Shown here piece by piece: positions 46,687-57,110 of a DNA stretch of 64,000 nucleotides; positions within the stretch are counted from its first letter, which is position 1, and each line of letters begins with the position of its first letter. Made by a program: the position numbers and the translations under genes. The DNA is from a bacterium (GTDB lineage: Bacteria > Sysuimicrobiota > Sysuimicrobiia > Sysuimicrobiales > Segetimicrobiaceae). The notes under the pieces were generated by a model. The model was not told the DNA's origin. It saw only the letters and a program-made list of their open reading frames with translations, and made no database searches. The stretch is taken from contig DATGJN010000033.1 of assembly GCA_035295165.1 (NCBI GenBank), positions 27,959-91,958 of the forward strand. The letters run 5' to 3'.

Positions 46687-48189
46687 TTACTTTACCGTTG
46701 TCTTTGCCAACCACAAGGTCTCATCGGCTCTCGGGGTCCAGTTCAACCGCTTGTTCACACCATAAATGCCCTGCTGTGTATACATGAAGATGATCGGCGC
46801 TTCGTCGTAGATCAATGACTGAATCTCACGATATTGTTGGGCGCGGCCGGCAGGGTCCAGTGTCGACTTGGCCTTCATGTACCGTGCTTGAATTGCTTGG
46901 TTGCAGTACCATGAGTCCCAAACGCCACAGGACACGTTTTCGAGTGCATCGCCTGCGTCTAGTGCAGCGGATGCTGAACCGATCAAGAAAATAGGGCCGA
47001 GCTGGTGCTTGAAGTACATATTGACGTAATTGCCCCATTCGAAGTACTTGAGATCGGCATTGACGCCGACAGCTTTGAGATAGCCTACGACGGCCTGCGA
47101 TACTTCCGCGTCGGCAAGGTAGCGACCTCGAGGCGATTGGAAGACAATCGGGAATCCGTTAGGGTAGCCTGCTTGCGACAACAGCTGTTTTGCTTTGGCG
47201 GGATCGTAGGAGTACGGTTTCAGCAGCGGGTTAAATCCAAGATACGGCGCGGGCACGAGTGTCGATTCAACGGTGCCGAACCCGCCCAGCAATTTCTTGA
47301 CGATCGTGTCCTTGTCGACTGCGTAGTTCAGGGCTTGCCGTACACGTTTGTCACGCAGTGGCCCGGTTCCGGTATCAAGCATGATGTTGATGGAACGCGT
47401 GCCCTGCGTAGTCTCCACTTGAACCTGCGGATTGCCCTGGATGCTCGGCGCGAGGTCCGGCGGAAAATCGGTAGTAATATCGGCTTCCCCGGTCCTCAAG
47501 GCGGCCACCCGCGCAGCGGGGTCCGGAATAAGTCGAAACACAAGCGTCTGAATGCTGGGAGTACCGCCCCAGTATGCGGTGTTAGCCACCAAGGTCACAC
47601 GATCGTCCTTGACCCAAGACTGAAACCGATATGGGCCCGTCCCCACAGGGTGGGTTGCAACGTAACTCGCGCCCTGGGTCTGATAGTAGCGCGGCGGCAT
47701 AATGCCAACCAGCGTCAGATTAAAGAGCAGCAACGGCATGGGGTCTGCCGTGGTGACTTGCACAGTGTAGGGGTCCACGATGCGGACATCCTTGACCCCA
47801 TTCAGCAAGTAGTTCTGCGCGGATTCTTTGAGCAAGTCGCGGTCGAACGTGAATTTTACCGCTGTCGCATCGAACGGCTCGCCATTGTGAAAGCGCACAC
47901 CTTTGCGCAGCGAGAACTCCCACGTCGTGGGATTGATTATCTTGTACCCTGTTGCCAACATGGGAGTGATCTTCCCACTTTCGCTTCGCATGAACAGAGG
48001 GTCGTAGATGTGCAAAGTAACATTGTACCCTGAGCGGGAGATCTCCTGAAACGCGTCGAGGCTTGCTGGTTCCGTCCCTTGCGCCACCGTTACAGCGCCA
48101 GTGGCTGCAAGCGAGGGTATGCCCGTTGCCGTAGGCATCGCGCCAGCTACGGCGATCACGAGAAACAGCAGCACCTTGCGTATCGGCAT
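46687..48189 (-). CDS. ABC transporter substrate-binding protein, family 5 (peptide/nickel/opine type)
   Basis: ATG at 48189 with GGGAGGGG upstream; signal peptide MPIRKVLLFLVIAVAGAMPTATG; SBP_bac_5 architecture. Confidence 0.85.
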   Translation of the reverse strand: MPIRKVLLFLVIAVAGAMPTATGIPSLAATGAVTVAQGTEPASLDAFQEISRSGYNVTLHIYDPLFMRSESGKITPMLATGYKIINPTTWEFSLRKGVRFHNGEPFDATAVKFTFDRDLLKESAQNYLLNGVKDVRIVDPYTVQVTTADPMPLLLFNLTLVGIMPPRYYQTQGASYVATHPVGTGPYRFQSWVKDDRVTLVANTAYWGGTPSIQTLVFRLIPDPAARVAALRTGEADITTDFPPDLAPSIQGNPQVQVETTQGTRSINIMLDTGTGPLRDKRVRQALNYAVDKDTIVKKLLGGFGTVESTLVPAPYLGFNPLLKPYSYDPAKAKQLLSQAGYPNGFPIVFQSPRGRYLADAEVSQAVVGYLKAVGVNADLKYFEWGNYVNMYFKHQLGPIFLIGSASAALDAGDALENVSCGVWDSWYCNQAIQARYMKAKSTLDPAGRAQQYREIQSLIYDEAPIIFMYTQQGIYGVNKRLNWTPRADETLWLAKTTVK

Positions 48190-48319
48190 TGCATCCCCTC
48201 CCTGTCCTGGAACTCTGTGCTCCTGAACCGTCAATTGGCACTCGGTCGTAAGATTGCCGATTGTTGACAATCATACACTATGATGATATGAAGTGGAATA
48301 TCCGAGGGGGGAACTGTCG

Positions 48320-49024
48320 ATGAGCGCGTCTGTCGCCGTCCCATCTGTCCGAAAGCTGTCGAGGCGTTCTCTGGTGGACGGAGTGCGCGACTCAATCATC
48401 GACGCCGTCATCACCGGCCAGCTCGGCCCCGGCGACAGAGTTATCGAGGCGAATTTGTCTCGTGACTTGGGCGTCAGTCGCGGGCCTGTCCGCGAGGCAT
48501 TTCGCGAGCTTGCCGAGCAAGGGCTCTTGGTGCTGGCCCCTCATCGAGGCGCGACCGTTCCCGTGCTCACGGAGCGGGATGCGTACGAGATATATAGCAT
48601 CATGATGTTCACGGAACGACTCGCCCTGCGGCTTGTAAAAGATCATCTATCTGATGCCCTCTTACTGCGGTTCAAAGAGGCTCTGCAAGCGATGCGCACC
48701 GCCGCGGAACGTGGCGATGCCGCAGGAGTTGCTCACGCGGATTTGGCATTCAACGATGCTCTGTACGCATTCGCGGGGCATCGGCGCTTGCAGCGGTTAT
48801 GGCAAGGTTTGAAGTTCCAATGCTACCTCTTGGTCAGAGAATACGCGGACCGCACTTACGCGTCACTGCCAGCGATTGTGGAACACCATGCGACAATCGC
48901 CGACCTGCTCGAGCACGCTCGTTGGGATCAATTGCGCAAGTATCTTGAGAACAACGCCGATCGCGTCGACGCGCGATTACTCGAACTATTGAAGCCTACA
49001 GAGCCGTCGCGCCGTGAAGCGTAG
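48320..49024 (+). CDS. GntR family transcriptional regulator (FadR/FCD subfamily)
   Basis: ATG at 48320 with GAGGGGGG upstream; N-terminal GntR wHTH (…NLSRDLGVSRGPVREAFRELAEQGLL) and C-terminal FCD domain. Divergent from the transporter operon. Confidence 0.8.
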   Translation: MSASVAVPSVRKLSRRSLVDGVRDSIIDAVITGQLGPGDRVIEANLSRDLGVSRGPVREAFRELAEQGLLVLAPHRGATVPVLTERDAYEIYSIMMFTERLALRLVKDHLSDALLLRFKEALQAMRTAAERGDAAGVAHADLAFNDALYAFAGHRRLQRLWQGLKFQCYLLVREYADRTYASLPAIVEHHATIADLLEHARWDQLRKYLENNADRVDARLLELLKPTEPSRREA

Positions 49025-49198
49025 CACTGTACGTATCGTGCTTCGCAATACCGGCTGAACAGTAGAGGCGACCCTACAAGGCGCTGGTGTCGTGGAGGTT
49101 ATATGCCTGTCGCGAGAGCGAGGATACCTCTCTAAGATTGCTGCCTGGTGTGTCTGCCGGGCGAGCGCACTCGAGTAGTCTAAAGGAGGAAGGGGACC

Positions 49199-50731
49199 AT
49201 GCGGCGAGCGCTTGCGGTTTGGTTGGCGGCGATGATGTGCGTTGGCACATTGGGGGTACAGTTAACGAGCGCTCAAGTAGGTTCACAAGTAGTTGTCGAC
49301 CAGGGGACCGATGTGGAAAGCATGGACCCGATGTTCACGCAAGCCCGCTTCAGCGACAACGTCATGCTCACCATGTTCGAGACCCTAGTGACTCGCGATA
49401 GCCAGATGCGTTATCAACCGAGGCTAGCAGAGAGCTGGCGAATCATCAGTCCAACTGTGTGGCAGTTCAGGTTGCGGAAAGGCGTGCGCTTTCACGATGG
49501 AGAGCCATTTAACGCGGAGGCAGTTAAGTACACTATCAACCGCCTGTACGATCCGGCGCTGAAGGCGCCGAGTTTTCTCAAGGGATTCGTCAAATACGAC
49601 CACATTGACATCGTAGACGACTATACTCTGAACATTGTCATGAAAGAGACGTCACCGCTTGTGCTGGAGTGGCTTGTCTATTTTTACATGATGGCGCCTA
49701 AGTACTACAGTGGGGTGACGGAGGCGCAGGCGTCCCTCCGACCGGTCGGAACGGGGCCGTACGTCTTTAAGGAATGGATCCACGACGATCATGTGACTGT
49801 GACGGCTAATCCAACCTATTGGGGACCCAAACCGAAGATTCAGACGCTTGTGTTTCGCCCGGTCCCCGAAGCCGGCACCCGCATCGCGGACTTGCTGTCG
49901 GGTGCGGCTGATATCATCACCAACGTGCCTCCCGATCAGATAAACCGCATCAACAACAGCTCCAACGCAGCGGTGAAGACAGTTGAGGGAGGGCGGGACA
50001 TTTTCATTGGAATGCGAACGGATCGCCCACCGTTTAACGATACTCGCGTGCGCCAGGCAATGAACTATGCGGTGGACGTGGATGCCATCTTGAAATCCAT
50101 CCTGAGCGGCCGGGGTCGTCGAATGGCAACTCTTGTCAATGCGTATGCTGATCCTGCGGTGAAACCGTACCCGTACGATCCAAACAAGGCGAAGTCACTG
50201 CTGGCCGAGGCTGGCTGGAAGCTCCAGAATAATGTTCTCATGAAGAACGGACAGCCGTTTAGCGTCACGATGGACACCCCTGTGGGACGCTACATCAGCG
50301 ACAAGGAGATCGCAGAGGCGACCGCATCGTACTTGCAGGCCATCGGTGTTCAAGTCAAAGTGAATCCGCTGGCGTGGCCAGTGTATTCGAAGAAGATGTT
50401 CGAGGATGTCAACCCCGCGGACATGTACTTACTAGGACTCGGGTCTTCCTTTGACGGTCAGGATGAGATTCGGTACGTTGAGAAGGACTTCGGTTATAAC
50501 CCGACCTATTGGAACAACGCAGAGTTTGAGAAGCAGTACGACCTCCTCAATCACACAGTCGATCCAAAACAACGGACGCCGATCTTGTACAAGTTGCAGG
50601 AGATCGCTCATGATGATGCTCCGCTCATTTTTCTTTACAAACAGACGGATTTTTACGGTGTCAACAAGCGGCTCAACTGGGCGCCGCGCGCTGACGAACT
50701 CATTATTCTGGAGAATGCCTCTGTGAAGTAA
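49199..50731 (+). CDS. ABC transporter substrate-binding protein, family 5 (second copy)
   Basis: ATG at 49199 with AAGGAGGAAGGGG upstream; signal peptide MRRALAVWLAAMMCVGTLGVQLTSAQ. Confidence 0.85.
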   Translation: MRRALAVWLAAMMCVGTLGVQLTSAQVGSQVVVDQGTDVESMDPMFTQARFSDNVMLTMFETLVTRDSQMRYQPRLAESWRIISPTVWQFRLRKGVRFHDGEPFNAEAVKYTINRLYDPALKAPSFLKGFVKYDHIDIVDDYTLNIVMKETSPLVLEWLVYFYMMAPKYYSGVTEAQASLRPVGTGPYVFKEWIHDDHVTVTANPTYWGPKPKIQTLVFRPVPEAGTRIADLLSGAADIITNVPPDQINRINNSSNAAVKTVEGGRDIFIGMRTDRPPFNDTRVRQAMNYAVDVDAILKSILSGRGRRMATLVNAYADPAVKPYPYDPNKAKSLLAEAGWKLQNNVLMKNGQPFSVTMDTPVGRYISDKEIAEATASYLQAIGVQVKVNPLAWPVYSKKMFEDVNPADMYLLGLGSSFDGQDEIRYVEKDFGYNPTYWNNAEFEKQYDLLNHTVDPKQRTPILYKLQEIAHDDAPLIFLYKQTDFYGVNKRLNWAPRADELIILENASVK

Positions 50732-50812
50732 GGACGCGCGGGTTCGATGGGTTCTCTAATCGATGCCTGTTGATTGCGTGCCAGTCCGCGAGGGTCTTGT
50801 GGGAGGACGCGA

Positions 50813-51787
50813 GTGACGGTTGTGTCGAGCGGACAACCAGGGGTAAAGACTTATGGCACCCTTGCGTTTGCGCATCCTGTCCTCACAGCCTTTTCATGGC
50901 CCTATGTCTCGATCCGGGGGGACAGAGCTGGTCCCACGGTTTGTGTGACCGCCGGAATGCACGGATCGGAGTATGCGGGGATCGAAGCGGCTCTGCGTCT
51001 TGCGAACGAGTTAGAACCCGGGCGGCTGGCCGGGCACGTGATTGTCCTCCCGATCATCAACCAACTGGCGTTTTGGGACCGAGTTGCGGGCGTGGTGCCC
51101 GCAGACGGAAAGAACCTCAGTCGCGTCTTTCCGGGACGCCGGGATGGGACGGCGACAGAGGTGATGGCTGCATATTTGTTTGACGAAGTTTTTGCCAGGT
51201 GTGACGCGCTCATCGATCTGCACGGTGGGGATGTTATGGAACGCTTGATGCCGTTTACGATCTATCAAGAGACGGATGACCCGGTTCTTGACGCCAAGTC
51301 GCGTGCGCTGGCAGCCAGCTACGGGCTTCCCCTGGCAGTGCGTCGCTCGAAGGAAGTGTTACGACGTCCCGTGCCCGGCTACATGCAGGCGGCTGCGGGC
51401 ATGCGCGGCATCCCCGCGATCGTGGCAGAGGCGGGAGGAGAGGACCAAGCAAAGCCGTCAGATGTCGACGTGCATTTGCGAGGGTTGCGCAACAGCCTCA
51501 CCCACCTCGGTGTCATCTCCGGCGGGAGTGTTTCGCCAGCTCCTTTGCGCCTCGTCGAGTTCACGTTAGTGTCAGCGAGCCGGGAGGGACTCTTTTCATC
51601 GTCGGTTGATCTTGGCGATCAGGTTCGGTCTGGGCAACTCATCGGTCAGTTGCGAGATCTGTGGGGACGTCATCTGGAAGACGTCATTGCTCCGGTCGAC
51701 GCGACAGTACTATTCTTCAGCACGAGCATGGCGGCGAAGCAAGGCCAATTGTTGTTTGGGCTCGGAGCACCGGTGTCCGCGGGCTAG
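50813..51787 (+). CDS. Succinylglutamate desuccinylase/aspartoacylase (AstE/AspA) family deacylase, paralogue 2
   Basis: GTG at 50813 with GGGAGGA upstream; motifs AGMHGSEYAGIEA, DLHGGDVMERL; roughly 35-40% identical by eye to 2523..3479. Confidence 0.75.
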   Translation: MTVVSSGQPGVKTYGTLAFAHPVLTAFSWPYVSIRGDRAGPTVCVTAGMHGSEYAGIEAALRLANELEPGRLAGHVIVLPIINQLAFWDRVAGVVPADGKNLSRVFPGRRDGTATEVMAAYLFDEVFARCDALIDLHGGDVMERLMPFTIYQETDDPVLDAKSRALAASYGLPLAVRRSKEVLRRPVPGYMQAAAGMRGIPAIVAEAGGEDQAKPSDVDVHLRGLRNSLTHLGVISGGSVSPAPLRLVEFTLVSASREGLFSSSVDLGDQVRSGQLIGQLRDLWGRHLEDVIAPVDATVLFFSTSMAAKQGQLLFGLGAPVSAG

Positions 51788-51790
51788 CGC

Positions 51791-52708
51791 GTGGCGTCAT
51801 TTGTCGCGCGTCGCCTGCTCGATTCGCTGATGGTTCTTGTTGGCGTGAGTTTCATCGCATTCGCGATCCTGTTTCTCTCTGGGGACCCGACGTATCTCAT
51901 GATTCCTGAGAACTATACGCGCGACCAAATCGCAGAATTTCGGCATCAAATGGGCTTCGATCGCCCTTGGTACGTGCAATACGGAGATTTCCTAGGTCAT
52001 GCAGCACACGGCGACTTTGGGGTGTCATTGCGTAGTCAGATCCCAGCTTTGCCACTGGTCTTGGAGCGGATGCCTGCCACACTGGAATTGGCGGTCACTG
52101 CGATGGTGCTCTCGCTCGTCGTGTCACTTCCACTAGGCGTACAGGCGGCAACGCACCGTGGGACATTGATTGACACCAGCAGCATGGTTGGAGGCTTGCT
52201 TGGGCAGTCCACGCCTGGGTTTTGGTTGGGCCTCATCCTCATCCTTGTCTTCGGCGTAGAACTCCGGTGGCTTCCCGTTTCTGGTCGTGGCGGGTTGACT
52301 CATTTGGTACTCCCAGGTTTCACGCTTGCAATGTACTCTATGGGGCGCACAGCGCGAGTCGTTCGAGCATCAATGCTTGACGCCCTTGGGAATGATTTCA
52401 TCAGAACTGCACGAGCGAAGGGAATGCCAAACAGAATAGTAGTGTATCGCCACGCATTGCGCAACGCTCTCTTGCCGATCGTAACCTTGGTTGGACTTGA
52501 TTTCGGCGTTCTGCTCGGAGGCGCAATCATCACCGAGACCGTGTTTGCGTGGCCCGGTGTCGGGCGGCTGGTTGTCAACGCGATCTATGAAAAGGATTTT
52601 CCGATCGTCGAGACCGCAGTCATCGTCATCGCCACCGTGTTTGTGCTTTTGAACCTTTGCGTGGACGTCGCCTACGGCTATCTTGATCCTCGCGTGCGGT
52701 ACGAGTGA
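51791..52708 (+). CDS. ABC transporter permease (DppB-type)
   Basis: GTG start 4 nt after the deacylase stop; FIRTARAKGM EAA motif. Confidence 0.85.
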   Translation: MASFVARRLLDSLMVLVGVSFIAFAILFLSGDPTYLMIPENYTRDQIAEFRHQMGFDRPWYVQYGDFLGHAAHGDFGVSLRSQIPALPLVLERMPATLELAVTAMVLSLVVSLPLGVQAATHRGTLIDTSSMVGGLLGQSTPGFWLGLILILVFGVELRWLPVSGRGGLTHLVLPGFTLAMYSMGRTARVVRASMLDALGNDFIRTARAKGMPNRIVVYRHALRNALLPIVTLVGLDFGVLLGGAIITETVFAWPGVGRLVVNAIYEKDFPIVETAVIVIATVFVLLNLCVDVAYGYLDPRVRYE

Positions 52709-53558
52709 TCCTGTGTCGACTCCTGCGATTCGCAATCTCTGCCGCTCCCCGGGCGCTATTGTGGGCGCCTTTCTATTGTCGGTTGTCGTCTGCGCCGCGA
52801 TCATGGCGCCATGGCTTGCGCCCGCGTCGCCCACTCTTGTCCACGTACAGGATCGGTTGTTGGCACCGTTGACCGTGCAAGATGGAATGCGGCACTGGCT
52901 GGGGACGGATGCGCTGGGACGCGACGTCTTGAGCCGGTTACTGGTTGGCGCACGGATCTCGTTATTCGTCGGCCTTACTGCAGTGGCCATTGGGGGTAGC
53001 CTTGGAACTGCGATTGGGCTTGTCAGTGGCTACCACGGGAGCTGGACCGATCGCGTGATCATGCGCTTTGGTGACATGCAACTTGCGTTCCCCTTCATCT
53101 TGTTGGCGCTAGCGGTGATGGCCGTGCTCGGTCCCGGTCTCGGCAACATCATCGGCGTGCTGGGGGTAACGAGTTGGGTCACCTATGCGCGTGTGGTCCG
53201 TGCGGAAGTGTTGTCTGTGAGAGAGCGTGAATACGTGCAGTCCGCACGTGCGATGGGAGCGTCGGTAGGTCGGATCTTGCTCGTTCATGCGCTACCCAAT
53301 GTCATCAGCACCGCCATTGTAGTAGCAACGTTCTCCGTGGCGAGCACAATCCTATCGGAGGCCGGCCTAAGTTTTCTTGGACTAGGTGTCGGAGCAGGAA
53401 CACCTACTTGGGGGTCCATGCTTGCCGACGCTCGCGAATACGTGACGGATGCCTGGTGGTTGACGACCTTCCCGGGGCTAGCGATCCTGACAACGGTTCT
53501 AGGAGTGAATCTGGTCGGGGACTGGCTTCGTGACTATCTCGACCCCCGGCTTCGGTAG
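52683..53558 (+). CDS. ABC transporter permease (DppC-type)
   Basis: TTG at 52683 (overlapping) or GTG at 52713; conserved C-terminus NLVGDWLRDYLDPRLR. Confidence 0.8.
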   Translation: MILACGTSDPVSTPAIRNLCRSPGAIVGAFLLSVVVCAAIMAPWLAPASPTLVHVQDRLLAPLTVQDGMRHWLGTDALGRDVLSRLLVGARISLFVGLTAVAIGGSLGTAIGLVSGYHGSWTDRVIMRFGDMQLAFPFILLALAVMAVLGPGLGNIIGVLGVTSWVTYARVVRAEVLSVREREYVQSARAMGASVGRILLVHALPNVISTAIVVATFSVASTILSEAGLSFLGLGVGAGTPTWGSMLADAREYVTDAWWLTTFPGLAILTTVLGVNLVGDWLRDYLDPRLR

Positions 53559-53708
53559 CACGATGTTCCTCGTTTGGGGCGACCGTGCAATCTGCGCGTC
53601 CTGGCGTCTGCCCGAGGGCCTCACGCGGGGACAGGATGGGCGTGCGTGAACATATCGCAACAAGAGATCGAAACCCTGACCAAAGCCTAATGGTGCCAGA
53701 GAGGAGGC

Positions 53709-56700
53709 ATGGTAGTGAAAAACGATGTCAGGAAGAGTGCGGACAGCATTCTCAACTCACTCCGGTGGCGGTTGGTGGGCCCGTTCCGCGGCGGCCGTGT
53801 CGTTGCCGTTGCTGGCGACCCCGAACGTCGCCAAGTATTCTACTTCGGATCAACCGGGGGCGGCGTCTGGACTACGGACGACGCGGGGTGGACATGGCGG
53901 AACATTTCAGACGGGTACTTTCGGACGGCGTCAGTTGGGGCACTCGTTGTCTCAGATGCCGATCCGAACGTGATCTATGCGGGAATGGGCGAGTCGTGCA
54001 TTCGTGGTAACGTGGCCGACGGCGATGGAGTCTATCGGTCGAGCGATCGGGGGCGAACCTGGCAGGCTGTAGGTCTTGCCGATACCCGGCACATCGCTCG
54101 GATTCGGGTCCACCCGCGAAATCCCGATCTCGTTTATGTTGCGGCTCTGGGTCACGTGTATGATCCCAACCCGGATCGTGGCGTGTTCCGGTCCACGAAC
54201 GGGGGAAAGACATGGCAGCGCGCCCTGTTCCGAAGCGACCGTGCGGGTGCGTGTGACCTGAGCATGGATCCAACGAATCCGCGCATCCTCTACGCTGCGA
54301 TCTGGGAAAGCTACCGCACCCCTTGGGCGCTTGCAAGCGGCGGACCAGGGAGCGGTTTGTTCAAGACGACGGACGGTGGTGATACGTGGACTGAACTAAC
54401 GGACAATCCTGGCTTCCCCGGCGGGATAAAGGGTCGCATCGGGGTCGCGGTCTCTCCTGCGCGTCCCGATCGAGTGTGGGCAATCGTTGAGGCGGAAGAA
54501 GGGGGGATCTTTCGCTCTGATGATGCGGGCGCGACCTGGGAGCGTCTCAACAGCGAGCGAGAGCCACGACAGCGGCCCTTTTACTACAGTCACATTTTCG
54601 CTGATCCAACCGATGCCGAAACGGCGTACATTGCGAACCTTGATCTCTGGAAGTCCGTCGACGGTGGACGGACCTTTTCGAAGAAGTCGCTCCCACACCC
54701 CGATCACCATGATCTCTGGATCGATCCACGAGATCCACAGCGGATGATAAATGGTAGCGACGGTGGCGCGAGCGCCTCTCTCAATGGCGGCGAGTCATGG
54801 TCGACGTTGTACAATCAGCCCACGGCCGAAATGTATCATGTGACGACAGATAATCGATTCCCATATCGAATCTACGGCGCCCAACAGGATAACTCGACCA
54901 TTTCGATTCCAAGCGCATCTCACCTTGGCGCTATTCTGCCAAACACTTATCATGATGTCGGCGGCAGTGAATCCGGCTACATCGCCGTACGGCCCGACGA
55001 TCCGAACATCATTTACGGCGGCATTTTCCAGGGCATGCTCACTCGATACGATCATCGGGCAAGCGAAGTACGAGACATCACGATATGGCCTCAGAATCTA
55101 GCGGGCTGGGGCGCTGAACGCCTGAAGTACCGATTTCAGTGGACGTTTCCAATTGTTATCTCTCCCCATGACCCTAACGTCCTGTATGCGACAGGAAATC
55201 TTGTCTTTCGCACGACTAACGAAGGCGCGAGCTGGGACATTATCAGTCCCGACCTGACGCGCAATGATCGCAGCAAGCTCGGGCCGTCGGGGGGGCCGGT
55301 TACACGGGATAATGTGGGCACCGAGTACTATTGCACGATCTTCGCGTTCTGCGAATCTCCCAAAACCCCGGGAGTGCTCTGGGCCGGATCCGATGATGGC
55401 TTGGTCCACGTGTCGAAAGACAACGGAAAGACATGGAACAAGGTGACCCCTGATGAGCTCCCCGAGTGGGCGCTGGTCAGCATTATCGAAGCATCGCCAC
55501 ACGACCCTGCGGTGGCGTACGTAGCGGCAACCCGCTACAAGCTTGGGGATTTGCGACCGTATCTGTTCAGGACGACCGACTACGGCAAGACATGGACGCG
55601 CATAGTCGAGGGCATTCCGGAGAATCGTCTCACCCGAGTGATTCGGGAGGACCCTGTCCGTAAAGGACTGCTCTATGCTGGTACCGAGGCTGGCGTATTT
55701 TTTAGCTTGGATAACGGTGGACACTGGGAACCAATTGGGAACGGTCTCCCAGTGGTGTCCATCCACGATCTGGTAGTCAAGGACCACGAATTGGTGCTTG
55801 CAACACACGGTCGGTCCTTCTGGGTATTAGATGACGTGTCACCTCTGCGCCAACTCTCCGACGAGATACGGCGGGCTGAGGCGCATTTGTTTACCCCGCG
55901 GCCTACGGTTCGTTCCAACGTGCGCTCGCTGTCGTTCCGCAAGGGCGGGTCCCGTGTATATGCGCGGGCTGGAGGACTGGGGCTCACGGCACAGGCGACT
56001 AGCACTGGTGCCGCGATATTGTTGGACGCCGGAGAGAATCCGCCTAACGGTGTGCTAGTTCATTACTGTTTCCGCGAGCGGCCGACGGGGGAAGTGAAAC
56101 TCGCATTTCTCGATGCTCAGGGACATGTGTTGCGAGAGTATTCCAGCAACGTGATCGCTCAGGAGCAGCACTCCGGAAGGAGCTACTCGCTTACCGAGTC
56201 AGAGCAGCCTCTCGTTGTGCCGGCGGAGAAAGGGGCGAATCGATTCGTCTGGAACATGCGGCTAACCGGCGCGGCAGAAGTGCCAGGAGCTGCTCTCTGG
56301 TTTGGATTCCTCGGTGGACCGCGTGTGCTTCCTGGTTCCTACCGCGTGCGACTCACCGTTGGAAAAAGCACGCTCACGCAGTCGTTTGAGATCCGGAAGG
56401 ATCCTCGGACCGTGACGACGGATGCAGACCTTAAAGCGCAGTTTGACTTTCTGCTCGCGGTCCGCGACAAGATTACGGAAGTCCATGAAGCCGTCCTTGA
56501 TGTTCGCGACATCCGCGATCAGGTACAACAGTGGGTGTCGCGGACAGAAGGTCTAACCGGCGGCGGGGCGCTGGCGGGTGCTGCCAAGGAGCTCAGCGCC
56601 CAATTGGACGGCATCGAGAATGAATTGATTCAGTGGCGCGCTCAGGCCTATGAGGACACGTTTCACTATCCGGTCCGATTGAACAACGAACTCGCAACAG

Positions 56701-56900
56701 TGGCCGATCTCGGGAACATGGCTGATGTTGCACCCACACGCCAGGCCCGCGAGTTATTTGCTGAGCTAACTGCGAGAGCTGATGAGCAATTGGTTCGATT
56801 GGCGGACGTGAAGCAACGAGATTGCGTAACGTTTAGCGACGGGCTCCGCGAGCTGGGAGTACCGCCAATTCGCGTCAGAGCGAGGCCCCGGACGAGGTGA
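53709..56900 (+). CDS. Large BNR/Asp-box repeat beta-propeller protein (sortilin/Vps10-GH74-like), no signal peptide
   Basis: 1063 aa; N-terminus RWRLVGPFRGGRVVAVAGDPERRQVFYFGSTGGGVWTTDDAGWTWRNIS typical of this family; multiple S-x-D-x-G-x-T-W Asp-box repeats. Start ATG 53709 or GTG 53715 (GAGGAGG upstream). Confidence 0.7.
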   Translation: MVVKNDVRKSADSILNSLRWRLVGPFRGGRVVAVAGDPERRQVFYFGSTGGGVWTTDDAGWTWRNISDGYFRTASVGALVVSDADPNVIYAGMGESCIRGNVADGDGVYRSSDRGRTWQAVGLADTRHIARIRVHPRNPDLVYVAALGHVYDPNPDRGVFRSTNGGKTWQRALFRSDRAGACDLSMDPTNPRILYAAIWESYRTPWALASGGPGSGLFKTTDGGDTWTELTDNPGFPGGIKGRIGVAVSPARPDRVWAIVEAEEGGIFRSDDAGATWERLNSEREPRQRPFYYSHIFADPTDAETAYIANLDLWKSVDGGRTFSKKSLPHPDHHDLWIDPRDPQRMINGSDGGASASLNGGESWSTLYNQPTAEMYHVTTDNRFPYRIYGAQQDNSTISIPSASHLGAILPNTYHDVGGSESGYIAVRPDDPNIIYGGIFQGMLTRYDHRASEVRDITIWPQNLAGWGAERLKYRFQWTFPIVISPHDPNVLYATGNLVFRTTNEGASWDIISPDLTRNDRSKLGPSGGPVTRDNVGTEYYCTIFAFCESPKTPGVLWAGSDDGLVHVSKDNGKTWNKVTPDELPEWALVSIIEASPHDPAVAYVAATRYKLGDLRPYLFRTTDYGKTWTRIVEGIPENRLTRVIREDPVRKGLLYAGTEAGVFFSLDNGGHWEPIGNGLPVVSIHDLVVKDHELVLATHGRSFWVLDDVSPLRQLSDEIRRAEAHLFTPRPTVRSNVRSLSFRKGGSRVYARAGGLGLTAQATSTGAAILLDAGENPPNGVLVHYCFRERPTGEVKLAFLDAQGHVLREYSSNVIAQEQHSGRSYSLTESEQPLVVPAEKGANRFVWNMRLTGAAEVPGAALWFGFLGGPRVLPGSYRVRLTVGKSTLTQSFEIRKDPRTVTTDADLKAQFDFLLAVRDKITEVHEAVLDVRDIRDQVQQWVSRTEGLTGGGALAGAAKELSAQLDGIENELIQWRAQAYEDTFHYPVRLNNELATVADLGNMADVAPTRQARELFAELTARADEQLVRLADVKQRDCVTFSDGLRELGVPPIRVRARPRTR

Positions 56901-56959
56901 CGGAGCGGACCGCATTAGTTCTTGGACGGCGCGCCCAGCCAGCTGCGCACATTGTTCAC

Positions 56960-57110
56960 TGTGCATGCTGGCGACCCGCCAGCCGGGCTAGTCGGAGAAC
57001 CCTTGAACGCCTTATCCCGGGAGGGCATCAATCGGCTCACTAGTGTCCCCGAGCAGGCCCTGGAGCGCCGTCCGCGCCTCGTCGATATCGGCATGGAGGC
57101 CCCGCAACGG
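56960..57110 (-). pseudogene. Remnant of a second large-serine-recombinase gene (C-terminal about 40 codons)
   Basis: Minus strand encodes …LRGLHADIDEARTALQGLLGDTSEPIDALPG*, homologous to …LARVLHTDIDEARTALRGLLGDIVLEPTPAGL of the island recombinase; nucleotide similarity of about 75% over about 70 bp to 17040-17110; in-frame stop immediately upstream. Confidence 0.4.
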
